Made by a program: the position numbers and the translations under genes. Under the pieces are notes generated by a model that worked only from the letters and a program-made list of their open reading frames with translations, was not told the DNA's origin and searched no databases. DNA of 64,000 nt from an uncultured Chthonomonadaceae bacterium. GTDB lineage: Bacteria; Armatimonadota; Chthonomonadetes; Chthonomonadales; Chthonomonadaceae. Of the stretch, positions 9,774 through 20,235 are shown piece by piece. The stretch's first letter is position 1; every line of letters begins with the position of its first letter. The stretch is from NCBI GenBank assembly GCA_963835065.1, contig CAWIEK010000022.1, positions 40,912-104,911 on the forward strand, given 5' to 3'.

Positions 9774-10628
9774 CTATTTGCCGACCGCAAAGGTCAGGGA
9801 TGCGACGCCATTCGCGGGAATGTTGGAAGCGTCGGTTGAGAAGTTCTGGAACGTGACCTGGCTGGACGCGATGAACTGCGTTTGATCCAGCACGAAGCCG
9901 TTGCCGTAGTTAATGGTCAGGTGCGCGGCGCGTCCGTCGTTGCCCGCGCCGAACGTGGCGGTCACTTTGGAGCCGACGGCGTTTTCGCCGTTGTTGGGGA
10001 TTTTGCCCGTGATATTGGTCGGGAACGGCGACACCAGAACGCCGTTGCGTACATAAAAGCGCCCGCTGAAATTGGTCGTCTGTATGGTCAGGGCGCGGGT
10101 TTGCAAGCTGCTCTGGGGCAGGGCGATGGTGTAGTCCGTGCCTTGCACCGGGTCAACGGGCAGGGCGGCGTTCTGCACAATCGCGCCGGTGGCGTCAATG
10201 GTCAGGCCGGAATTGGAAACGCCGTTGACCGCAATGGCCGCGCCGGAAGGATATACGCCGCTCAGGGGCGCGGAGCCGCTCATCACGACGGCAAGGGGAG
10301 CGCCCGCGCCGACGCTCGCCGACCCACTCGGCACAACGGCGGTGACTTGCTGCCCGTTGACCGCAATCGTCTGCGTGGTTCCGCCCGTTGGGGGCACGGA
10401 AATCAGCGAGGTGGACGTGGCCGCCGCCTGCGCGGTTTTGCCCGTAACGGTGTTGGACGTGCTGACCGGGGTGGTGGAAGAACCGGAACTGCATCCGGCC
10501 AGCACTCCGGCTCCGAGCAGCAGCGCGCCCGCCTGCGCCAGCAGCGCCTTGCTCAATTTTGCGGTCTTGTTCGTGGCCGTGTTTCGCGTCGTGGCTGTCA
10601 TGGTCTTCGTGATTTTCATGGTCTTCAT
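9774..10628 (-). CDS. Putative lipoprotein, beta-rich, function unknown
   Basis: Signal peptide with lipobox VLAGC and Ser/Thr-rich linker; GAGGAG RBS. Confidence 0.7.
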   Translation of the reverse strand: MKTMKITKTMTATTRNTATNKTAKLSKALLAQAGALLLGAGVLAGCSSGSSTTPVSTSNTVTGKTAQAAATSTSLISVPPTGGTTQTIAVNGQQVTAVVPSGSASVGAGAPLAVVMSGSAPLSGVYPSGAAIAVNGVSNSGLTIDATGAIVQNAALPVDPVQGTDYTIALPQSSLQTRALTIQTTNFSGRFYVRNGVLVSPFPTNITGKIPNNGENAVGSKVTATFGAGNDGRAAHLTINYGNGFVLDQTQFIASSQVTFQNFSTDASNIPANGVASLTFAVGK

Positions 10629-10690
10629 GGTGTGTCTGTCTCCTCAACAGGGTTGTTTAAACTGGATTGTTAAAACTAGTTTTGAATGGC

Positions 10691-11581
10691 TCAAAAGTGG
10701 TTGGAAAATTGAAGCTGCACGTTGAAGTTGGCAATCGGCCCGGACTGGATCGCCTGAAACGTGCCCGGCTGGTACAGCAGGTAGCCACTGAAACCGGAAA
10801 GGGATGTGCCGCCATAGGGCATCCCGAACGGCATGATGTCGGCGCTTGCAATCAGGGTCGCCCACCGGACGGGATGGTACGCAAGGCTGGCGTTCATATA
10901 GGATTTGAACGACTTGGAAATCACGCTGCCGCCCGCCCGCTCGGCGTAGCCCGTCACTTCCACATCTGCCGTCAGGCGCGAATTGATCTGGAACAGTGTG
11001 CCGCCCCCAAACAGAAGCGCGTCGGCTCCCGTGCCAACCGCATCCACGCGGCTGTATCCGCCGAACACGCTGTAGGTGGGCGCGACGCGGCTTGTCGGCG
11101 CGTTCGGCAGCGCTCTGCCGAAAGCGTAACGCGCCGTCAGCACATTGGTTTGCGTACCCGGATACTGAACGCGGGTCACTTCGCCGGGACGAATGATGTG
11201 ATTGCTGGGCGTGACAAGCCGGGCATTGGAAGGCAGGTAGCCGTTGTAGCCCAGTGTCCAGCCGCGCAAGGGACTACGCGACAGGCCCCATTGCGCGCCG
11301 ACGCGGGACGTGTCGGCGGTGAAATGGGTCGCGCCGCTGCTCCCGGTAGCAAGGATGTTCTGCTGTCCGTACCATGCGAACAAGCGGGGCGTAAGACGCT
11401 GGCGCAGCGTCCATCCGCCCGTTTGCAGCGTCCGGTTTTGCCGTCCTGCAAACGAGTAATCGCCGAGCAGGGATGTGCCGGAAGGTTCGGACGCGATCTG
11501 CATCATATTCTGCTGCGCCGACGCGGAACCGGCGACAGCGAACAGGCCGCAAACACAGGGGAAAAGCCGATAACAACGCAT
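10691..11581 (-). CDS. Putative outer-membrane beta-barrel-like protein
   Basis: Signal peptide ending ASA, alternating amphipathic strands, C-terminal Phe; co-oriented with the lipoprotein. Confidence 0.5.
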   Translation of the reverse strand: MRCYRLFPCVCGLFAVAGSASAQQNMMQIASEPSGTSLLGDYSFAGRQNRTLQTGGWTLRQRLTPRLFAWYGQQNILATGSSGATHFTADTSRVGAQWGLSRSPLRGWTLGYNGYLPSNARLVTPSNHIIRPGEVTRVQYPGTQTNVLTARYAFGRALPNAPTSRVAPTYSVFGGYSRVDAVGTGADALLFGGGTLFQINSRLTADVEVTGYAERAGGSVISKSFKSYMNASLAYHPVRWATLIASADIMPFGMPYGGTSLSGFSGYLLYQPGTFQAIQSGPIANFNVQLQFSNHF

Positions 11582-11893
11582 AGAGGTTTGCTTTCTGAAA
11601 CGGTTTTCTCGCGTGGAGGATACAGTACGCGCAGGCATGTAAATGGCTGGCTGTCAGGCGTGTTGCGGATACCTGCTATGCGCCACTGCCTGTTTTCGCG
11701 TTCACATTAAAGGCCGCATTTGCGCAGCCTACGCAGGTATTATTGGCAGCAGGAATGAAAAATGCAGGGTAGAAACCGCCTTATCAAGAAAACGGTTTCT
11801 ATCCGCGCATGTCCAAACAAAGTTTTCGATTGTTTCCGTGTTACAATTAAATCCGTAGTATCTCATTTGCAGCATTGACAGGAGTTTGACCTC

Positions 11894-12694
11894 ATGAATC
11901 GCAAACGCCGCTCCCTGCTTGCCGCGTGTCTTATCTTGCTCCTGCTTCTCGCGCTTCCTCTTGGCTTGACGTACCGGCGGTGGCAGCAGGCGCGGCTTGA
12001 CCATGCGCTGGCGCTGGCCGTAAAAGATAACCGGCTTGCCGAAATTTCTCGGCTGCTGGCGGAAGGCGCGAACCCCAACACGGCGAACAATCCCGTGCCG
12101 ACCTTTACGGAAATGCTGCGCGCCCTGCTGTCGCGCCATGTTCCTTCCGCCGCCACCGGGCAGCCGAGCCTGATTTCTGCGGCGCTTGGGCAGCATTGGG
12201 ATGTCGTAGACGTTCTGCTGGCGCATGGAGCGGACGTGAACGCGCATGATGATCGCGGAATGACGCTGCTGCATTGCGCCGCGCTGTCGCAGGATCAGAA
12301 ATGGTTCCTTGCGACATCGAATGACCCGCACAAAAAGGAAAGCATTGAATTGGGCATGCCGCGCCTGCACGCCCTGCTGGCACGCCACCCGAATGTCAAT
12401 GCGCGCGACAGTACAGGCCAAACGCCGCTGCACTACGCCGCCGAGTTTGAGGACGGCCCGTTTGTGGAAGCGCTGATCGCGGCAGGGAGTGACGTGGACG
12501 CGATGGATCGGGGCGGTAACACGCCGCTTGCCAATGCGACTCGCGGCCTGCACTTCGACACGGCCAAAGTACTGCTGGCGCATGGAGCCGACGTTAACCA
12601 CAAAGACAAGCGGGGAGGCACGATGCTGAACTACGCGAAACACTTCAACGGCCCGCAAATGGTCGCGTTTCTCAAGCGCAATGGCGCCAAGTAG
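11894..12694 (+). CDS. Membrane-anchored ankyrin-repeat protein
   Basis: N-terminal TM; repeated G-x-TPLH/HGADVN motifs. Confidence 0.9.
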   Translation: MNRKRRSLLAACLILLLLLALPLGLTYRRWQQARLDHALALAVKDNRLAEISRLLAEGANPNTANNPVPTFTEMLRALLSRHVPSAATGQPSLISAALGQHWDVVDVLLAHGADVNAHDDRGMTLLHCAALSQDQKWFLATSNDPHKKESIELGMPRLHALLARHPNVNARDSTGQTPLHYAAEFEDGPFVEALIAAGSDVDAMDRGGNTPLANATRGLHFDTAKVLLAHGADVNHKDKRGGTMLNYAKHFNGPQMVAFLKRNGAK

Positions 12695-12820
12695 GGAAAA
12701 GCAGGGGAAGAGAACAGACAGGATATAGCGTCCTAATTTGCGAAGACAACTTGTTGCCTTGTTGGATGTTCCAGGCGAGACAGCGCAGGATACCGGCAGG
12801 CGACTGTGGAAAATAGCGAC

Positions 12821-13751
12821 ATGAACTGGCAACACTCTCTTGTATTGTTTCTCGCGTCCATGACGGCGGGAGCCATTAACTCCGTGGCGGGCGGCGGCAC
12901 ACTGCTGACGTTCCCGGCCCTCATCGCCACCGGGCATACCGCTTTGATTGCCAATGCGACCAGCACCGTAGCGCTGTGGCCGGGGCAGTTGAGCAGTCTG
13001 TGGGGCTACCGCAAAGAAATCGGGCAAACGCGGGCCGCTATTATTCCCCTCACGGTTCTTGGACTGCTTGGCGGCGTCGTGGGCGCATCCCTGCTGCTTA
13101 TTACGCCGAGCAAAGTGTTCGACAAACTCGTGCCGTTTCTGGTTTTAGCGGCGACTTCGCTGTTCATGGCGCAGGAGCCGTTGGCGCGGCGTCAGAAAGC
13201 GCGGGCCGCGCAATTCGCGCAGGATGTGCCGAACGCCGCCGCATCCACCCGCCGAAGCCGCGCCCATTCCCAACACTTCCCCAGTTTCAGCCGCCATTGA
13301 CAATGTTTCTGACAGCGCTGCTTCTGCTGCAATTCCCTCCCCGTCTTCTGCATCCGCTTCCCCTGTCACTGCCTTTGTTGCCGGCAAATTGCCCCTGTCC
13401 ATCGCGGTTCTCGCGTTCCTCACAGCCATTTACGGCGGCTATTTCGGCGCGGGCATCGGCATTTTGACCCTTGCCGCGCTCGGCTTCATGGGCTTCACCA
13501 ACATCCACCAGATGAACGGCGTGAAAAACATCTTTACCCTGTTCATCAACGGCATTGCCGCGCTGATTTTCGTGTTCAAGCACCTTGTAGATTACCCGAC
13601 TGCCGGATTGATGGCGGCCGGGGCGATTTTCGGCGGGTATGCGGGCGCAGGCATTGCCCGGCGCATCGGGCAGAAAAACGTCCGGCGCGTCGTCATCGGC
13701 CTGGGCTTTGTCCTGACCCTTTCCCTGCTGTGGAAAGCGTGGAGCAGGTAG
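12821..13751 (+). CDS. TSUP (TauE/SafE) family permease (frameshift near 13240)
   Basis: [13 protein letters not shown] and [10 protein letters not shown] halves in two consecutive ORFs. Confidence 0.85.
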
Positions 13752-13847
13752 GCACAAGGCATTAGGCATTAGGCATTAGATACAGGACAGAAGACAGAAG
13801 TTACTTGTTCCTGATACCTAATGCCTAATGCCTTGTGCCTTGTGCCT
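13750..13847. repeat. Inverted heptamer-array element (TAGGCAT)n ... (ATGCCTA)n
   Basis: Perfect 24-bp inverted repeat 13750-13773 / 13817-13840. Confidence 0.9.
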
Positions 13848-13926
13848 TCCTCTTCAAGCAACCATTGCCGCCGTGTCAACGTAGGATGGGAGTACGTCAA
13901 ACCTTCAGAAGCGAAAGGAAATCCTT

Positions 13927-14264
13927 ATGAAAACGGCATCAGGGCTGGAATACGAAGACATCAAAGCAGGAACGGGCGCGACGCCCAAAACCGGGCAAAC
14001 CGCCGTCGTGCATTACGTCGGCACACTGACCAATGGAACCAAATTCGACAGTTCACGGGATCGGGGCGAGCCGTTCTCATTCCCGCTCGGCATGGGGCGG
14101 GTTATCAAGGGCTGGGACGAGGGCGTGTCCACTATGCAGGTCGGTGGCATCCGCAAACTGACCATTCCGCCGGAATTGGCTACGGTTCGCGGGGCGCGGG
14201 CAACGGCTTAATTCCCCCGAACGCCACGCTTGTCTTTGAAGTGGAACTGCTCGATGTGAAATAG
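13927..14264 (+). CDS. FKBP-type peptidyl-prolyl isomerase (frameshift near 14177)
   Basis: [26 protein letters not shown], then [18 protein letters not shown] in the shifted frame. Confidence 0.92.
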
Positions 14265-14360
14265 CATCGTGTCCTGTCCCTATCGAATGGCTGAACGCGC
14301 TTGTGAGTGATTTGAGGCGCGGCAGTAAATTCCAGTTCGGTACAAACGAGTAGGAAAGCC

Positions 14361-15611
14361 ATGAGTGAAGCAGTATTGGCGCAGGCAAAACGGGCGAAGG
14401 AAGCGGCGCGGCGACTGGCGGCAGTTGGGGCAACGGTAAAGAACGCTGCCCTGACTGCAATGGCGGAAGCATTGACGGCGCAATCCGCGCAGATTTTAGA
14501 CGCCAACGCGGTGGATGTGGCGGCGGGGCGGGAGCGCGGCCTGTCCTCGGCGCTGATTGAGCGGCTGACGCTGACGCCCAAACGCATTGAAGCTATGTCG
14601 GAAGGATTGCGGCAGGTTGCCGCCCTGCCTGATCCGGTCGGGCAAATACTGGATGGCGGGCGGCGTCCGAACGGGCTGGACATTCAGCGCGTCCGCGTTC
14701 CTCTGGGCGTTATCGGCATCATCTATGAAAGCCGCCCGAACGTGACCGTAGACGCGGCGGGTTTGTGCGTGAAAGCGGGCAACGCCGTGATTTTGCGGGG
14801 CGGGTCGGAAGCCATTCGCTCCAACACGGTTCTGGCGCGTTTAATATCTGCGTCGGGCGAACGGGCCGGTCTTCCTCCCTACAGCATCCAACTGATCGAA
14901 ACTACGGACCGGGACGCGGCAACCGCCCTGATGCGCGCGGAAGGTCTGGTGGATGTTCTCATCCCGCGCGGCGGCGAAAAACTAAAAAAAGTGGTGATGG
15001 AAAACGCAACCGTTCCCGTGCTGACGTCGCTCGGCGGCAATTGCCATACCTACGTGGATAGCGGAGCCGATCTAAGTATGGCGGCGGACATCGCTTTTAA
15101 CGCCAAAGTGTCGCGCCCGTCCGTGTGCAACGCCATGGAAACCCTGCTGGTACACAAGGAGGGGGCCGCGCTGCTATTGCCGCCCCTGGGCAAGCGGCTT
15201 GTCGAAGCGGGCGTGGAAATCCGGGGCTGCGAGCGTACTCTGGCATTGCTTCCGCAGGCTATTCCCGCCACCGAAGAGGACTGGGCAACAGAGTTTCTAG
15301 CCCTGACGCTTGCCGTTCGGGTCGTGGACAGTCTGGACGACGCCCTGCGCCACATTGCGCGCTACGGCACGGGTCATTCCGAAGCCATTGTCACGCCCAA
15401 TTATGCAAACGCGCAGCGCTTTACGCAGGAAGTGGACGCGGCCTGCGTGTACGTCAATGCCAGTACGCGCTTTACGGACGGGTACGAGTTCGGGCAGGGC
15501 GCGGAAGTGGGTATCAGCACCCAAAAACTCCATGCGCGCGGCCCCATCGGCCTGACCGAACTGACCACCTACAAAACCATCGTGCGCGGCAGCGGACAGA
15601 TACGGGAGTGA
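14361..15611 (+). CDS. proA: Glutamate-5-semialdehyde dehydrogenase
   Basis: PLGVIGIIYESRPNVT, CNAMETLLVH, NASTRFTDG, STQKLHARGP. Confidence 0.97.
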   Translation: MSEAVLAQAKRAKEAARRLAAVGATVKNAALTAMAEALTAQSAQILDANAVDVAAGRERGLSSALIERLTLTPKRIEAMSEGLRQVAALPDPVGQILDGGRRPNGLDIQRVRVPLGVIGIIYESRPNVTVDAAGLCVKAGNAVILRGGSEAIRSNTVLARLISASGERAGLPPYSIQLIETTDRDAATALMRAEGLVDVLIPRGGEKLKKVVMENATVPVLTSLGGNCHTYVDSGADLSMAADIAFNAKVSRPSVCNAMETLLVHKEGAALLLPPLGKRLVEAGVEIRGCERTLALLPQAIPATEEDWATEFLALTLAVRVVDSLDDALRHIARYGTGHSEAIVTPNYANAQRFTQEVDAACVYVNASTRFTDGYEFGQGAEVGISTQKLHARGPIGLTELTTYKTIVRGSGQIRE

Positions 15612-15750
15612 AGAAGAGAAGAAAAGAAGAAGAGAAGAAGAGGAGAAATAAACCAAAAGAGAAGAGAAGAAAAGTGGTTCCATCTCCTTTTCTTCTCTTC
15701 TTCTTCTTCTTTTCTTCTTCACCTTGGTGTTCTTCGTGTCTTGGTGGTTC
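15610..15750. repeat. Purine/pyrimidine octamer inverted array plus 9-mer repeats between convergent genes
   Basis: (GAAGAAGA)-like run followed by (TCTTCTTC)-like run, then CTTGGTGTT/CTTCGTGT/CTTGGTGGT. Confidence 0.75.
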
Positions 15751-16897
15751 CAGTTCTTCTATGGCGGCGCTTCCTGCGGTGAGGCGTAGTCGAACGTGTT
15801 TCCCCTGACGCGGTTTTGCGTCCATCATCGTAAGTCTGAAGGCGCAGGCCGTTTAGTTTGGCGGTTTTTACGAACTTCGCCAGTCGTTGCGGAACCGTCA
15901 CCGTATTGGGGTCGCCGTCGCTGACGTAGCGCTCGCTTGCGCCGGATTTCAGTTCATCGAGGGCTTCGGGGATGCCGCCCCCGCCGTTCACGGCCAGAAC
16001 GCGCGGAATTCGCAGGGGATCGAACTTTGTGGAAATCGGCGAGGGAGCCGGTCCGCCCCAGGCGTCGATGACGGCGCGGTTGGCGTAGGATTTGCCGTTG
16101 TATTCGCCGGAAGTGAGAACGCTGTAGTTGTGCGAACGGGGCTTGCAGCCGCCGGGCAGGGCCAGCGTGTCCAGATGCGCGCCGGGAACCATGCGCTCCG
16201 TGACGCTTTTGCCCAGGGCGATCTCTTTGGCAATGGCCGCGTCCGACATGCGGTTGAAATAGTGGTGGCTGAGGGTATGATTGCCTAACTCGCAGCCCAT
16301 ATCGAGCAGGGCGCGCATTTTCTTCGTGGCGTAGCGCTCCGAGCCGAACGCCCCCTGGGGCAGCACGTAAAACATGGCTTTGGTGGGGAAATCAGGATGC
16401 TGGCGCGTAAACTCCTGCATGATGCCAATCGCGCAGTCCGGGTCTATGCTTTTGTCGCTGCGATAGCGGAATTGCGTACTGCGGGCGTCGTCGAAGGTCA
16501 GAATCACCGGGCTGGTTCCCAGGGGCAAATCCATTTTGTTGTTGAGGTACTCGCTGAGATTGACCGGGCGGTAGCCTTCGTCATACAAGCGCTGCAAATC
16601 GGCCTGAAACTCGTCCAGGCTGCGGTGCATCATGCGCGTGGCGCGGCCCGCATTGGATGGGGTAGCCCCGATTTCATGGTACTCCAGAATCGGCACGCGC
16701 CCCGCTTCATTGACGCGCATGGCTTTTAACTGCGCGGGGTCAATGGCGGGCGCATCGGGCGTTTGCGTCTGATGCGGCGCGTTCTTGAGCGAAGCAGGCG
16801 TATAGCGAATGGGAACCGGGGCGCGCTGCCAGGCAAGCATCAGCCCCAACAGGGCGCAGAAAACCAAACCGGTACTCAGGAACAACAAAGATTTCAT
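15719..16897 (-). CDS. Polysaccharide deacetylase (CE4/NodB family)
   Basis: PILEYH, ILTFDD, GNHTLSH, ALPGG; N-terminal TM. Confidence 0.88.
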   Translation of the reverse strand: MKSLLFLSTGLVFCALLGLMLAWQRAPVPIRYTPASLKNAPHQTQTPDAPAIDPAQLKAMRVNEAGRVPILEYHEIGATPSNAGRATRMMHRSLDEFQADLQRLYDEGYRPVNLSEYLNNKMDLPLGTSPVILTFDDARSTQFRYRSDKSIDPDCAIGIMQEFTRQHPDFPTKAMFYVLPQGAFGSERYATKKMRALLDMGCELGNHTLSHHYFNRMSDAAIAKEIALGKSVTERMVPGAHLDTLALPGGCKPRSHNYSVLTSGEYNGKSYANRAVIDAWGGPAPSPISTKFDPLRIPRVLAVNGGGGIPEALDELKSGASERYVSDGDPNTVTVPQRLAKFVKTAKLNGLRLQTYDDGRKTASGETRSTTPHRRKRRHRRTGTTKTRRTPR

Positions 16898-17060
16898 GGG
16901 CGGAATAAATTGAACAAAAGTGGAACGCGAACCAGAAGACGTTTTTTTGAACTCTGATACAGTATAACACACTGCGCGTCCGTTGAACACTCGTCGGCAG
17001 GACAAAGGTTTTTCGGACAGGGGAACAGGAGGCGGAAAAGAAGGGTCGCGCAGGAAGCGA

Positions 17061-18089
17061 TTATTCCTGCGGGCATGGCAGGAAGGTCGTTCCCACGCCG
17101 CGCTCGTGTACCACGTCGTCTATGACGCGCTCCCGACGCCCGCGCGCAATTACTGTACGAATACCCGATTGTGTGGCAATTCTGGCCGCTTCAATTTTGG
17201 TACGCATCCCGCCCGTACCCACGCCGCTCGTCGCTTCCCCGCCCAGCGCGGCAATCGCCGCGTCAATGCGCTCTACCGTAGAGATGAGGGTGTTGGGTGT
17301 CGGGTGTCGGGTGTCGGGATTTTGGATTGCCGATTGCCGAATTACTGTCTTCTGTCTTCTGTCTTCTATCTTCTCTTCTGTTCCCTGTTCCCTGTTCCCT
17401 GTTCCCTGTGTCTTCTCCTCTTCTTCCTCCGGCGGCTGCGCGTACAAGCCTTCCACGTCGGAAAGGATGAGCAGTAAATCCGCGCCGACGAGGGTGGCGA
17501 CGCGGGCCGCTAAGGTGTCGTTGTCGCCGAATTTGATTTCGTCTACGGCTACCGTGTCGTTTTCGTTAATGATGGGCACGACGCCCATATCCAACAGCGC
17601 GCGCAGGGTATTTTGCGCGTTGGCAAAGCGGACTGCGTCGCTCAGGTCGTCGCGGGTCAGCAGCACCTGCGCGACCGTCACTTCCCGCCACGCGAACGCT
17701 TCGGTATACGTGTGCATCAGCAAGCCCTGCCCGATGGCGGCGGCGGCTTGCTTAAAGGCGAGGGTATTCAGGTGTTCGGTGTTCAGGTGTTCAGGTGTTT
17801 TGATACTTGGATGTCCCTCTGTGGGCGCGTCCATTACGAACTTATTGATTGAATCTGCATTCTCCTGAACACCCGAATACCTGAATACCTGAATACCTGA
17901 ATACCCAGCCCCCATCGCCTCTCTTCCCGCCCGTATCGCGCCGGACGTGACCAACACCACGTCGCGGTTCTGCGCCCGCTGCGCGGCCAATTGCGCGGTC
18001 AAATCGGCAATAAACGCGCGGTCAATGCGTCCGTGTGTATTGGTGAGCGTACTGGTTCCAACTTTAACCACAATGCGCTGCGGCAGCAT
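17061..18089 (-). CDS. proB: Glutamate 5-kinase (no PUA domain) with two in-frame repeat inserts
   Basis: VVKVGTS, SGAI, AAAIGQ, INENDTV, FGDND, GTGGMRTK. Confidence 0.95.
   Translation of the reverse strand: MLPQRIVVKVGTSTLTNTHGRIDRAFIADLTAQLAAQRAQNRDVVLVTSGAIRAGREAMGAGYSGIQVFRYSGVQENADSINKFVMDAPTEGHPSIKTPEHLNTEHLNTLAFKQAAAAIGQGLLMHTYTEAFAWREVTVAQVLLTRDDLSDAVRFANAQNTLRALLDMGVVPIINENDTVAVDEIKFGDNDTLAARVATLVGADLLLILSDVEGLYAQPPEEEEEKTQGTGNREQGTEEKIEDRRQKTVIRQSAIQNPDTRHPTPNTLISTVERIDAAIAALGGEATSGVGTGGMRTKIEAARIATQSGIRTVIARGRRERVIDDVVHERGVGTTFLPCPQE
17289..17428. repeat. Intragenic composite heptamer element in proB
   Basis: (GGGTGTC)n-(GATTGCC)n-(CTGTCTT)n-(CTGTTCC)n on the + strand; frame preserved. 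Confidence 0.9.
17763..17906. repeat. Intragenic inverted octamer element in proB
   Basis: (GGTRTTCA)n left arm, ~64-bp spacer, (CTGAAYAC)n right arm; frame preserved. Confidence 0.9.
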
Positions 18090-18165
18090 AATCCTTCTCT
18101 TTCATCTTCCAGTGAATTTTGGCGCTGACGGGCTTATATACTTGACCAAGCCTGCGTCACTTGTG

Positions 18166-18194
18166 GCTATACCTCAGAAGTGGCATTCTGTCAA
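18166..18194 (-). promoter_or_regulatory. sigma70-type promoter for proB
   Basis: Minus-strand TTGACA-17 bp-TATAGC, 76 bp upstream of the start. Confidence 0.55.
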
Positions 18195-18395
18195 GGATTT
18201 TTCAGGGTTGCGTTGAAAACCGCAAAACCGCCAGCCGATGAATAACGTAGATAACAGAACGGATAACCATTGTTGGGATGCGTCGTCTATCTGACAGAGC
18301 CATCCGAAACATGGACTTGCGCGGCCCGCGCTCTTGTTAAACGGGGTTTGCGCCGACAACAAAATTTGACCCGGCGGATGGTCAAGCGAGGCAGG

Positions 18396-18992
18396 ATGCT
18401 AGGGGAGAGAAACCGCTGCGAGGCGATTGTGCAGGTACCCGATCAGGAACTCATTTCGCGCTGCCAGCAAGGCGACCTGGACGCCTTCGGGCAGATTTAC
18501 GCGCGCTATGAGCGCGTGGTGTATCGCTACGCCTACCACATGCTGGGCGACCCGGATGACGCCGATGATGTCAAGCAGGATACGTTCCTCAAGGCGTACC
18601 GCACCCTGCCCGGCTTCCGGGGCGAGTGCAGCCTGCTGACGTGGCTGCTCAAAGTGGCGGGAAACCTGTGCCGCGACCGCCATAAAACCCGGACGCGCCG
18701 GGGCGAAATCGCCCTGCTGCCGGAAATGGCCGCCGAACTGCCCGATATGAGCGATCTGGGCGGCGACCCGGCCCGCCTGCTGGAGCGCAAGGACCTGCAT
18801 CAATCGCTGTACCGCGTCCTGGCCGCCCTGCCCGAAGGCCAAAAAGAACTCATCGTCCTGCGCGACGTGCAGGGCTTAAGTTATCAGCAGATTGCCGATG
18901 TTCTCAATTGTTCGGTTGCCAGCGTGAAACTGCGCTTATTTCGCGCCCGGCGCGGCTTCCGGGACCGCATGGAGTCGCTGTTACAGAAGTAG
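18396..18992 (+). CDS. ECF RNA polymerase sigma factor (start uncertain)
   Basis: DADDVKQDTFLKAY, TWLLKVAGN region 2; GLSYQQIADVLNCSVASVKLRLFRAR region 4. Confidence 0.93.
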   Translation: MLGERNRCEAIVQVPDQELISRCQQGDLDAFGQIYARYERVVYRYAYHMLGDPDDADDVKQDTFLKAYRTLPGFRGECSLLTWLLKVAGNLCRDRHKTRTRRGEIALLPEMAAELPDMSDLGGDPARLLERKDLHQSLYRVLAALPEGQKELIVLRDVQGLSYQQIADVLNCSVASVKLRLFRARRGFRDRMESLLQK

Positions 18993-19111
18993 GCATTTAA
19001 TATTAGGCATTAGGCATTAGGTAGGATGCGAATTATGTGCAAATTACCCTGCACAGCCAAGTGTTAAGACGGCTTCCCCCTAATGCCTAATATCTAATAT
19101 CTAAATACCTA
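18990..19111. repeat. Inverted heptamer-array element (TAGGCAT)n ... (ATGCCTA/ATATCTA)n
   Basis: Same unit as 13750-13847, lying between the sigma and anti-sigma genes. Confidence 0.8.
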
Positions 19112-19128
19112 CCGTGAGGAGTAGGATC

Positions 19129-20139
19129 ATGTTGCTAATCAGGTGGGCGCAGTGTCGGCGCATTCAGCCGGCGTTGTGGGATTTTGCGTCGGAGCGCCTG
19201 TCCGAAGAAATGATGGAGCGGGTAGAACAGCATTTGCATGGCTGCATCGCCTGTGACCGCGAACTCGCGTCGCTGAAGCGGGCGCAAACCTTGCTGGCGG
19301 CCTGCCGCGCGCAGGAAGAACCCGCGCCCCGCGCCGATTGGAGCGACCTGCGGCAGCGCATCGTTGCCGAGGGCCTTGCGCATATCGCCACGCCTGCCTT
19401 GTCACGGCGTACCGGCAAAACGGCAGGCCGCGAGCGCGCGACAAGCGGGTATCGCGCCCCCTGGACGATGCAGTTGGCGACCTCGGCGGCAGGCGGTTTC
19501 GCCGCCGTGCTGGTGCTTGGATTGGGTTACGGCGCGTTCCATGCGCGGAATACCGGTTTGCCCGCGTCGCCTGTGGTGTCCGTTCCGCCGGGACAAGTTG
19601 TGCCCACTTCGCCCGAACAACTCGCTTCTGCTTCTGACGCGCAAAACGCGCAATGGCCGGAGAACGTAGTAAAAGCCCTGAACAGCCTATCGGTACAAAG
19701 CGATAAAATCGAGACAGCCGGTTCCATGCCTGCAAAGAGCGTTCACGTTGGCGCGACTGCCTCTGCGCCAAATACGCATGGCTCCCATAGCGTTACGACA
19801 TTTCGAGTAACAGGCACGGGACGTGGACACAAAACAACGCCCCGAATGGACTACGCAGCCGCGTCAATGCCGCCGAGAATGACCTATGTCGGCCTGCGCG
19901 AAGCATCGGCTCGTCGCGCGCCCACGCCTAAAACATTCGCTTCGGCGACAATTACGCCGAAGTCCCGACGTTCCAACGGTAAATTCGGCCAACAATCGGC
20001 AAGCGCGCCGCAAACGCAGATCGCTTCCAACTATGCCCTGGGCCATGTCAAGCCCGACGGAAGCGACAGCGGCGATTCCAACATCAATGTCATCGGCGTC
20101 GTCAGTCCTGTGTCCCGCGACGATGATGGCGTCTACTAA
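19129..20139 (+). CDS. Zinc-finger (zf-HC2/ZAS) anti-sigma factor
   Basis: HLHGCIAC = HxxxCxxC, one TM helix, directly after the ECF sigma. Confidence 0.85.
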   Translation: MLLIRWAQCRRIQPALWDFASERLSEEMMERVEQHLHGCIACDRELASLKRAQTLLAACRAQEEPAPRADWSDLRQRIVAEGLAHIATPALSRRTGKTAGRERATSGYRAPWTMQLATSAAGGFAAVLVLGLGYGAFHARNTGLPASPVVSVPPGQVVPTSPEQLASASDAQNAQWPENVVKALNSLSVQSDKIETAGSMPAKSVHVGATASAPNTHGSHSVTTFRVTGTGRGHKTTPRMDYAAASMPPRMTYVGLREASARRAPTPKTFASATITPKSRRSNGKFGQQSASAPQTQIASNYALGHVKPDGSDSGDSNINVIGVVSPVSRDDDGVY

Positions 20140-20140
20140 C

Positions 20141-20233
20141 GGTCAGGTGTCAGGTATCAGGTGTCAGGTGTCAGAGAAGGATTTCTTCTGCGCCTCGTCC
20201 TGACACCTGAACACCTGACACCTGATACCTGAA
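20141..20233. repeat. Inverted heptamer-array element (GTCAGGT)n ... (ACCTGAC)n
   Basis: 4-5 units per arm around a short spacer. Confidence 0.9.
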
Positions 20234-20235
20234 CC

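Noticed and set aside
17061..17110. proB lacking the PUA domain as a truncation
   Set aside because: PUA-less glutamate 5-kinases are a known natural form, and the kinase domain ends normally at GTTF.
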